Source of the DNA: Chrysomallon squamiferum
Taxonomy: Eukaryota; Animalia; Mollusca
Length of the DNA: 64,000 bases
Assembly: GCA_012295275.1 (NCBI GenBank)
Contig: CM022677.1
Location: forward strand, 12,772,001 to 12,836,000
Direction of reading: 5' to 3'
Positions 53,100-64,000 of the stretch are shown piece after piece. Made by a program: the position numbers and the translations under genes. The notes below the pieces were generated by a model, which was given only the letters and a program-made list of their open reading frames with translations, searched no databases and was not told the origin of the DNA. How positions within the stretch are numbered: position 1 is the first letter of the stretch; each line of letters opens with the position of its first letter.

Positions 53100-53560
53100 T
53101 GAATGAAAATTAAAGCTGGTTTGTTTGTTCAAAAATCTAGCACCTCCTGTTTTGTTATAGTGTAATTGGTAAACATCACTAGCAGTTGCCCTGCACAAGT
53201 TATCATCTGGAGAAAGAAACTTGTTTACTTAAGCAACAGTAGCAGGGGTCCTAATACAGACTTAAGACAATCTGGTTTGAAGATTCAGAAATGCATATGA
53301 CAACAAAGTAATTCAAATAGTCCCTTACAATCTTTGCTTTTAAGAATTATAGTACCTAAATGGTTCTCCAGCTTTCAGATTCAAATTTTCATTGTTTATT
53401 CTAAGAGAGATATTGTAAGATTATGCAAATTCAGTACTTTAAATATTTTTAGCAATGCTTTGAGTTTTTTATCAACAATAAAATATAACCAGGTTTTGTT
53501 ACATAAATGGGTGGCAGTACAAATATGTTTTAATAAAAAAATCATTATTTGTTCTTAACT
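53100..53560 (-). mobile_element. Degenerate non-LTR reverse transcriptase fragment
   Basis: Minus strand reads ...KSVLGPLLLL...PDD, resembling the QGSVLGPLLF...ADD RT motifs. Confidence 0.4.
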
Positions 53561-53919
53561 GTTTTAAATCCTGACATTTACAAAATCAAACACATTGCAT
53601 CTTATTTAAAAATAATAATGAAAATGGAAAATATTTCTGAAATTGTTTCACTTTCTTAATATTAAAAATGTTAAGGCACATTCAAATAATTTTTAAAATA
53701 TATAAGAAAAAATGAAGCATAGTCTTTGTATGTTTTTATTTTTATTATGTATATATTGATCAGCGTCTTCTGTATTTGTTATCAATTAGCAAAAGATAAT
53801 CTGACAATCATTATTTATATATATATATACTTCTTATTTGAATTAGGTAAACAAACATTTATAGCTCTCTCTCTCTCTCTCGCTTTCTCCACACTCAGTC
53901 TTTTTTGTATATTTACAAA

Positions 53920-56900
53920 GACAAAATCAAAATACAACATCTTGAAATGGATATTACTGTTTTAGTGAAAACAGTTTAAATTCTGATTTAATAAAGTACC
54001 AAAATACATTTTATATGAAAATAGCTGTCACCTTAATTATTTTTTATGTTCACCTTTTCTGTGCATTAAAAACCACATGATGAAATTAAAACAAAACATG
54101 AGAACAATATTACTGTTTTGTAAAAAAAGTATAAGATTAAGAAATACATCAGTAGACAAGTTATAGAGACTTTATTTCTTTATTTCTTTATTTATTAATT
54201 ATTGTTGTTATTGTATTGTTGTTATTTATTGTTAGTATTATATTATTATTATGATTATTATTATTATTATTATTTATTTGTCATAGTGTTTACTTTTGTC
54301 TTCTCTCTTATTTTCAGAAATGTGCTTGATTCTGTTTTCTTCACATCTGCTGTTGTTGCTGTAGTTGTTGTAGTTGTTTCATCACCACTTTCTGCTGCTG
54401 TTCTCTTTAAACTAGTTTCTGACTGAACTGTGTTTTTGACTGTGTTTTTCACTGACTGTGTTTGCTGTTCTCTTTAAAGCTGTGTTACTGCTGTTTTTTC
54501 ACTGACTGTGTTACTGCTGTTTTCTTTTTAAGCTGACTTGTTACTGAACTGTGTTTTCACTGACTGTGTTACTGCTGTTCTCTTTAACTGACTGTGTTAC
54601 TGGTGTTTTCACTGACTGTGTTACTGGTGTTTTCACTGAACTGTGTTTTCACTGACTGTTTTGTTCTCTTTAAGCTAGTTTCTGAACTGTGTTTTCTGGT
54701 GTTGTTTTCTTTAAGCTACTGTGTTACTGGTGTTTTCACTGACTGTGTTACTGCTGTTTTCACTGTGTTACTGGTGTTTTCACTCACTGAACTGTTTTAC
54801 TGACTGTTTTGTTCTCTTTTCTGACTGACTGTGTGTTACTGGTGTTTTCACTCTGACTGTTTCTACTGGTGTTTTCACTGACTGTGTTTTCACTGACTGT
54901 GTTACTGCTTTTCACTGACTTCTGACTGAACTGTGTTTTCACTGACTGTGTTACTGTGTTTTCACTGACTGTGTTACTGGTGTTTTCACTGACTGTTGGT
55001 GTTTTCACTGACTGTGTTACTGGTGTTTTTTAACTGACTGTGTTTTTTCACTGACTGTTTTGGTGTTTTCACTGACTGTGTTACTGCTGTTTTTCTTTAA
55101 CTGAACTGTGTTTTCACTGACTGTGTTACTGCTGTTTTCTGACTGTTACTGTGTTTTTCTGACTGTGTTACTGGTGTTTTTTTTTTCACTGACTGTGTTT
55201 TTCTGCTGTTTTCTTTTCTATCACTGGCACATGCTCTACCTCCATCATCTTTTTACCTACAAACAAGTGATATTTTTATATACCTCTTATCTCTTTATAG
55301 CACTGTGTGTCATTTTGTTTCTACATAATTATCTTTGTATGATGTGTAAGAGTGAGTTTTTATGGTGCATGTTATATGTATGTACGTAAGTGTGTGTGTG
55401 TGTGTGTGTGTGAGTGTGTATGTGTCTTGTATATAAGTTTATATGTGTGTGTGTGTGTGTGAATTTGTCTGTATTTGTATGGTGTATGTGTGTCTATATA
55501 TGTGTAAGTCTGAGTGTCTGTGTGTGTGTGTTTCTGTGTGAGTGTGTGTGTTTGTATCTGTGTTTGTATGGATTTTTTGTATATGTATGCATATGTATAC
55601 ATGTGTATGTGCATATATGTGTGTGTTAGTTTATGATGAATTATGAGTTTTTTTAATTGTGTATGTTTATGGAATATGTTTTTCTATTTTAATGTGAGTG
55701 TTTGATTTTAAATTAGTAACTAATTATTTTTAAAAAAAAATTTAAGATAATTAATTATAAATAGGTATTTTATTCAATTTTTATTGCTATTTAATTTCAG
55801 CAGGTAAAAAACAACATAAAGCACACATAGTAGTTCTAGATAAATTGTCTTTATTATCAGATTTGTTTTTGGTGTTCAGATAATGTTTTCTGAACCAATA
55901 ATTTATTTGGCATTGATTACATCCAAACTTACACTCAGTAATACAAGCACAAGTATTCATACATACATACCTAGATATAAGTACACATAATCCATACTAA
56001 TACATATATACACTAATACAGACACATATATATCTATACATCTATACAAACATTCTAAAAGATACACATACACACATTCAGAAACATATTCATGATCACT
56101 AGATAATTTGACTAAATAAATTCACACAAACAACACACACAAAACAACAAACAAACACACAGATACACAAATACATTCATACTTTTACACACATAATACA
56201 AACATATCTACACATACATACAGACATACAAAGATACAGACATACAAACATACAAACATACATACATATAAACATACATACATACTTAAACATACACATA
56301 CAATACAAACATACACAGATACACATACATGCAAACATGCAGAAATACATACATAGTCATGCAGACATAATAAGCACACAGATACATGCAGATACAGACT
56401 TACACAAATATATGCACACTCAAATGCACTTAATATAAACACAGATTGTATGTAAGAATTGTCATTATTATTTATCACTGAGTAGCATGATTTATCACAG
56501 TGTTTTCAGTACTGCAGTTACTAACATATTGCTGATTATGTAAGGTTTTGTTTGTAATACAGAGTGGTCTTGATAGTCAGGTTAGTTATTAAAACATTTG
56601 TAGTGTTAAGGTTCTGATGTGTTTACACAAAATACAGAACATATATATGATTGTTTTTTATATACAGATGTGCACATGCCTTGCAGAAGCATGACAAATA
56701 TTTAGACTTTTTAAAATTATTTTTATTTATTTATTTAATTATATTATTTCTTAATTATTTTTATATTTTTCTAAAAAAAAAATGTTTTAAAATATATAAT
56801 CTGCAAAATGCCAGTTTTTTTACAAACCAGAATGTAGAAACCAGTTATTTATCAAGTGTGTGTGAACAGATAATTATAATAATAGTAAGTAGCCTGTAGA

Positions 56901-57787
56901 TGATAATTATAATAATAGTGAGCAGAGCTGTATCAATTTTCATTTTTCTCTGACATAATTTCCTGGTCTAACCACACCTAAACTGTGATATGTTAAAACA
57001 AACACAAAAGATAGGAAAAACAACAATTTTTTTTTATTTACATGTGATTAGACATTTTTGTTTTGATTTATTTTTTTTTTTTTTTTTGTTTTTTATTATT
57101 TTTTTTTTAAAATATTATTTTGTTTTTCAAAATATTTACAAATACAAAATATTTTTTGTTGAACACTGTATGTGTAAATGTAAATGAAAAAAAAAAAAAA
57201 AAAATACATTTTAAAAATATAAAAAAATTAACTATAAAAATAAATAAATTTTTTGTAAAAATATAAAAGTAATTAAATATTTTTTTATGTGTATATACTT
57301 AAACATATTTTTTTCTGAAACATATCTTTTTTTTAAATTGTAGTAACTAAAGAAATAAAGCAAGAAATAAAATAATAAATAAATAAATAAACAATATTGC
57401 ATTTATAAATAAATAATGTTTTGATGTTAAGGTACAATGAAATTAATGCTCCCTGGAGCAGTGAGTTTAGAAATAAAATCGTAGCCAACAGAAAAAAAGT
57501 AAAAAGAAATATAACACAATCAGTAATTTTACAGAGAGTAAAGTCTGTTTTCTATTGTAGAAGAACCTAAGGAAAGGAGACTGACAGACAAATCAAAGTT
57601 TTGTTCTAATACAATAAATCTGTGAGAATATTGCACAACTCTTTGTTCTTTCTGAGAAGCTCGTAGTAGCGTTTTGGCGGCTTTCGAAGTGCGTATAGCT
57701 CAGCTCGCAAATCTTCGTTGCTTCGCCAGAACAAATCAAATTCTTTAAACGGATTAAACTTGGGATGGTCCATGCATTCGGCAATAT
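53920..57787. repeat. Segmental duplication block, copy C, including scrambled 24/56-bp repeat array (54395-55215)
   Basis: Direct paralog of 5633-9260 and inverted paralog of 35246-38523, with the same flanks on both sides of the array. Confidence 0.9.
57606..57787 (-). pseudogene. Second 5'-truncated copy of the EVE-adjacent small ORF
   Basis: Same breakpoint and (TAAA)n flank as the 35246 copy. Confidence 0.75.
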
Positions 57788-60137
57788 TTATTTATTTATT
57801 TATTAATATACTTACTTATTTACGTTCTTACTTATTTAAAAAATACACTAAATTCGTCTCGAATTAAAGCAATAACCAGTTTTATCTAAGTCAGTTTATA
57901 CGATCCAGCTCAGTGTAAACGAATAATATATTATTAGAATCATAAAAAATAATAATTAATTAAAAAATTAAAAAATTGAAGAAAAACTAAAACAAATGAA
58001 ACAAAATAATTATAAATCAAAAAAATAATTATCAGTTTTTAATGTGATGAGCATTTCAGGTTTTTACACAGATAACAAGAAATTGAGAGAGGAATTTACT
58101 TTGTTTCTTTTCTGTCAGTAGAAACTGTTTGTAGAATAAACTGGACTCAGTGAGAAAAACACGCGTCCCGGGTTACGCATATAGAGTTGTAGAACTTTAA
58201 TATCGTCAAAACAGTTTATAGTGAAAACAATTTACAATTTTGTTATCATTGATATTGCTTTCTAATAGCTGCACCGCTGAATATAATAATAACAACTGTA
58301 AGCTTATCCTTTAATTTCATAGGAGAATCACAAAAGACATTTCATTACATTAAAGACTAACATGATCATTAAAATAATCACTATAGATTAAAATGATGAT
58401 ATTTACTCATGGACAATACCTGAATTTGGAGAAATATACAGCGTACTTTTACTCAATAAATTTTAGAATTATTAAACATAAACGAAAAGTGTAATGTGAT
58501 ATTCCGTTATATCCACGTCATATTAATTACACGAGAATCTCTTGTTTATGGAACCGCAATGTATAATCACAACTACAAAAACGACTTCGATATTAATATT
58601 AATGAATAAATTATGTTATTAATGAAAACTGAAGTATGCACTGCGCTCATGTTAATAGGGCCTAACACACTCAACTATAAACTATTCTGATAACGGGAAT
58701 AAACGACAAAAAACGTTTTCTTCTTTTTTACTTTAACATTGATGATCGTACTTTCCACTTGAGATATCCCGTATCTTTTATAACACAAACACTTTTTATA
58801 CGAATAACTTAGAACACTGCTACTTACACTATAATCTTTTAGAAGACGCAATTTAATTCCGATTGCGCTATTTATGTTGTTTACGTAGAAAATTAATATT
58901 ATATTTTATTATCTACATCACAGAATATATTTATAATTAGTGATACTAATTTTTTATATTTTAGGAGAAGCCCAGTATCTTCATTAAATTATGGAATGTC
59001 CTTCCTGATTAACTTAATAAAATAAAGGTTATCGGCATAAACTCTAATTATCAATATAATTTCTTATTTATATCAACCTAATCCAGCATCTTCTCACTTT
59101 TATTCTAGGCACCTCTTCTGTATTCTAGTTATGTTAATGAGACAAAGGACGTTTGTCTGGAAACAGATGAATTTTTAAAAATATTCGGTTAATATTACTG
59201 CTTCACCTTTTATTGTAATTTACAGCGTAGTATTAGATCTGCGTAACTGTATTAGCGAAGAAATCCTAAATATCTGAATATCTATAATATCATGTAAACT
59301 ACAAAACTCTTTTTCCATTATGCTCTGTAAAAATCATCTATAATAGTATTCTTAACAAAATATTCGTTATTACATATCAATCACAGTGTATTCATTAAAA
59401 ACAGCTAGTAACAGTAAATGTAACGTAATTTGTTGAGAACTCAATAAAATACCACGTTAATATATTTCTCATTGTGTATCTGCCATTGTAGGGCCCTGGA
59501 TGTAGAATAAATGGTGTAAATGGGGCTAAATGAATTCTACGGTCACGGGATTTGTTGTTAATATATCTTCACTGTATCTCTGTGACGTAGAAAAACTTAT
59601 GTACTAATTAGGATCTATCTCATTAATTTTCCTTTTACCTGGTTGACGGTGTTTGCAGTCAAAAGGTAAAAACGAACTACTTCTGTACCACTGCACGTGT
59701 TAGCAGTAACAGTACGTTTCTAAATTTTAAAGATATATACAACACTACCTAAGTTTTAACGCTCTGGTGTAAAAATATATCCTTACGCCGTATGGCTGTG
59801 TGTCTATCTCTCTGTATGTTAATTTGTATATGTTAATACAACAAACATAAAAACAGCATAACATTTTTATTCATATTTCAGTAATACATTAATTGTTTCC
59901 ATAATTCAGTTCCACGATTCAGTGTGAACACAAAACGTACAATAATGACAATAATGGAGACTACAATTGTTACAAAATGTACAAGAAATTAAATATTCAA
60001 AGAGAAGTATATACATGAGAGAACAACAAAACACAGAATAAGTAAAAAAATAAAGAAACAAAATAGTAAATAAATAAATAAATAAATAAATGATGAAGAA
60101 ATGAAGAAGGAAAGCAAACGAAGGTGATTTATTTTAA

Positions 60138-60535
60138 CTAATATTTCCGTTGATGCTCGCAGTTGAAATACAAAAGTTCTCGTTGTGGTCGGATGACTCT
60201 TCTGGGCGATTTGATTGATTTCATGGCGCCATCCTTCCAAGTGGTTATTTGTTCGGTGACCGTCATTGTCAACGTGTTTCTACATTTCTGTATTGGAATG
60301 GCACGGCCGCGTGGTTGTTGCTGCATCTGTTCTGCCGTCTGCAACATGTTGTCCACAGACACGACGTAGGTTCTGCACTGCGAGTTAACAACACATTTCC
60401 AGTCTGTTCTCTACCCATTCTTTTTACTTACGCGAAATGTATGCTCGTTAAAATACAGATCCCTGCTGCCTCGTATTGTGTCAATATAAATCACTCGAAC
60501 CTGCTCAGCTGCCAAGAGTTTCCCATTTCGATGCA
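60138..60535 (-). mobile_element. FLYWCH/MULE relic, inverted copy (more complete)
   Basis: Retains NSQCRTYVVSVDN in frame; shares the single TAG after KKNG. Confidence 0.55.
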
Positions 60536-60805
60536 AAACTTTATACAGGAAAAAACTACAATGCGCAACAGCCTGCTCAATGAAACACGTATAAAAATAC
60601 AACCCAGGACAATAATGCTTTAAAATAGTAGAGAAATTAATGTTTTTGTGTTTTTTTTTGTGTGTTTTTTTTTTTTAAATTATGAAAAAGAAAAAATGAC
60701 TGGTAGTAAAACTCAGCTGCCTGAAATAAATATAATCTTTCAATTAACAAGAAAAATTACTAAAACAGATAGTCATAGAATTTTATGTTGTTGTTTTTTT
60801 GAAAG

Positions 60806-60875
<70 letters not shown>

Positions 60876-62084
60876 AAAGAGAAAATATATGAACAAGTGA
60901 AACAGAAATATAAAATGTGATTAGACTATATTTTTACAATAATAATATCAGCTCAAAATGTTTATTGTTAGCAAAGATAATAAGACAACAAAAGAATACA
61001 GTATCTCTTTAGAAAATAATATTTAAGTTATTCTGTTTTTAAATGAATAATTCAATAAGTAATTAAATAAATACATCTACATTGTTTAACCAGTCAGATG
61101 GTTAAACTAATGATTCGGGGCACCTGACATCGTGTTCAAAATATTAAAATGTGAATCTTTGTTTGAATAAGGTCAATACAATTGATTATTTGCAATAAAA
61201 CGAAAAGAAGAGAAAAGAAATCGCTCGTAACTGATCCTGCTGAGGCAAAACGTTTTGTGGAACAACATTTCAATCGGGTCCGACGTTTGATTTTTTTTTT
61301 TTTTTTTGTCAATTTTGTGACGTCAGTTATGCGCTGTGGCGTTCCTACACAAAGTAGCTGGAAGTTTCGTAAACAAACTGAAGATAGCTCGCGTTCTTAA
61401 AATCTTTTAAATTCACTTTATCTGCTGAAACTGATAATTTAATAAGGTAAGGGTTTCTTCACCATGTATGTGATACTGGATCCTTGTCTCCCTCTTCCTG
61501 GAGTATCTGCTATTTTCATAAATGTTTTGAGAATCCATCGCAAAAAGAGAGTCCGAATATTTTGAGCTTACAGTATTATATCAGTAGATTGTCTAATGTG
61601 ATCTATCTGCCACAATAGATGTTGATCATATAATTTGTTTGTAATGATGTGTATATTAAACACTAAATTCTTGGTTTTGTTAATAAACTATATTTATATA
61701 TAAATATTTTAAATTATACTGAAAATAATATTATAAAAGTGTTTGGTTTTGTGCACATACTATTTTTTTTTTTTACTAATCATTGTTTTCCTTATGTCAA
61801 AATATAACTCTCTCTCTCATATACATTTACCTAAAGTTAAAAATAAAAATATAAATACATAAGAATCATTGATTATGCAAGTTCAACTGTATACAAACCT
61901 GTGAATTACTAATTATTATGTTTCATTCTGTTTAGTGCCTTTAATCAAACATTATTTCATTTTCCTAGTATTTCCTACAGGACTTTATTTAATTTAATTC
62001 ATAACCGTGGAGTCACTATTTCCATGACAGACATTTTTTATATTTTTTTATCTATTAATCCTGGAAGCTTTAAGAGTATATTTT

Positions 62085-62137
<53 letters not shown>

Positions 62138-62462
62138 ACATTCCATTATTCTGACAGGCTGATTATAATAATACATCAATATAATCTATGATATAAACTG
62201 CAGGACTATCTGCAAGAACAAATAAAAAATAATCTTGCTCTGTTTTATTTCTCTTGATTTGTTTTTGTTTGTTTGTGGTTTTTTTTTATAATTGCCTCTA
62301 TTTATTTATTTATTTTTTAATTATTATTATTATTTTTTTATAATATTTGTAACCAGAGATTTTTTTGTTCTTAAAGATATTATGTTGCTTTTTATGTTCA
62401 CTAGCTTTGTCTATATATTTAGTTTAGCAGGGTATAGTAATTGTATACTTTTTTCTATTTAT

Positions 62463-63879
62463 CAGGTTCACGGATCTGATGGAGTGGAACTGAACACAGT
62501 CAGTCTAGATATTGATGACAGCAGTCTCGCGCAGGACATGCTGCAGTGTAAACTTCACTGTACGAGTGATCTGCCCCATCTGAACTCTTCGTCTCGAATT
62601 AATGTCGACAAAAAAGCTAATCTTAGACAGAAAAGTTACCCATCTAAATGTGCGGAAGAGGACAACGTGAAAATACCAGTATACCTCGACAGCGTGAAAC
62701 AGTACAAACTAATAGCTACTCTACCAGTGTATAAAGCTTTTGTAAACAGAAGAGAACCAAATAATACTGACTGTGTTGCTTTGTCTCCTCTCTACTGGAG
62801 TTTTACCCACCTCTGTTTGAATAAAATAAACAATCATTTATTTTCAAATTCGGCAACTATGAAAGTGTATCCAGGACCTAACACATCGAAAATTGCCGTA
62901 ATTGAAATTTCATTCATGTTAAAAGGAAGATCAGAAGGTTACATAGATGCTGATATTGGGTCAGTCTTCAGTCTAAAACTCAAACCAGTGACCTCATTTG
63001 TAAAAATACAGGTTTCATACAGAGACAGAAACAAAAATTTAATTGCGATCAAAGAAACTGGTTTACAACCCGGGAAAACTGTCGTCGATTGGCAAATCCC
63101 AAACCTTTCATGGATCGAACACAACGTAAATCTGATCAAAATTTCATTATCCGCACAGGATGTATTTTCCATTTGTATCGAAGAAATAAAATTGGAAAGA
63201 AAACCTATGAAACCTGAAAAGCATTTTCCTATATACGCCAGTAACGAGTTCACTGTTATAGGTGTTGATATAGACTTTTGGTGGAGAAATCCGGAAACCA
63301 TGAAAGTATATGTAAAAAATACTGACAAGCTTTTTAGAAAAGTAGATTATTTTAAAATAATTCTTCCAGTTCCTTGGTCAGAGGGTTACAGTGAGACACT
63401 TGTTATCTATCAAGATGGAAACGTACGCCTGCTGCCCCTCCCTCCTGCAGGATTAGACTGGATTCCGTTTGGAACATCAGTTGTGGTTGGAACATGTGAT
63501 GTTGACCTGATCAGACCTGCTGCTCCCATTGATCAAGTGGATATCGACGTCGATAAACGAGAGCTGAAGATTCTTTACAGAAATGGAGAAAAAGCAAAGC
63601 TGACGTTGATTTCCAAAGTGGACAGAACGGAACTCGTTGTTTCTGATCTCATGTTTAAACAGTCCAGTAAGGGATTTCCATTTGCCACATTCCGATCAAT
63701 GTACGTCGACGAGGGCAACACAGACAGCGACAGCATCATGGTGGACAGCTCCAGCGTTTTCGGCGTCATGGAAAACCTGAATGGTGTAGATGGTAAAACG
63801 TTTACACTTTTCAGAAGATGCGAATCAAACATCTGACTCTCAGTCCGGATATCCATCTGGAAGTATTGCGCACGCGCTA
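62463..63879 (+). pseudogene. 5'-deleted, 3'-frameshifted duplicate of the 602-aa gene
   Basis: Homology begins at QVHGSDG (~residue 131). Promoter, signal peptide and most of the CBM-like domain are lost in a ~2-kb deletion. A 1-bp deletion (gaatcaaac vs gaatccaaac) gives RCESNI* at 63836. 13 aa substitutions counted by eye. Confidence 0.85.
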
Positions 63880-64000
63880 CTCAGTATTGTTGTCAGGTAA
63901 TCAGTCAGTTTTAAATAACATGACAGTTCACATGTAAAACTTGTTAGCGTTTATGTTTATAATTATATTAAGTTTCAGATTTCCAGTTCACAGGTCTTAT

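Noticed and set aside
62292-62462. Hydrophobic N-terminal 57 aa of the 514-aa ORF as a signal or TM segment
   Set aside because: T-rich non-coding sequence (paralog of 29865-30066) fused by the deletion; the start codon is TTG.

Overview
AT-rich, microsatellite-dense animal genomic DNA, probably molluscan (inferred from gene content), with a 200-N scaffold gap at 38524-38723. Main contents: (1) a degraded parvovirus/densovirus-like capsid gene (endogenous viral element, ~10.0-11.5 kb, minus strand), followed on the same strand by a compact CRE/CCAAT/TATA promoter and a small, probably spliced orphan ORF. (2) One intact, intronless, secreted 602-aa gene (26458-28266) with a CBM-like N-terminus, a bacterial-looking C-terminal domain and a TATA/CRE/AP-1 promoter, plus an inverted 5'-deleted copy at 62.5-63.8 kb. 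(3) Nested segmental duplications: a ~12-kb inverted pair (26.3-38.5 kb vs ~54.4-64 kb) and a thrice-present block carrying a Ser/Thr/Asn-rich repeat exon. (4) A multi-exon Mind bomb (MIB2-like) pseudogene. (5) Relics of Gypsy, MULE/FLYWCH, CR1/L2-type LINE and MITE elements, a degenerate TTAGGG tract and several minisatellites. No rRNA, tRNA or CRISPR array is supported. Family assignments come from motif recognition by eye, not database searches.
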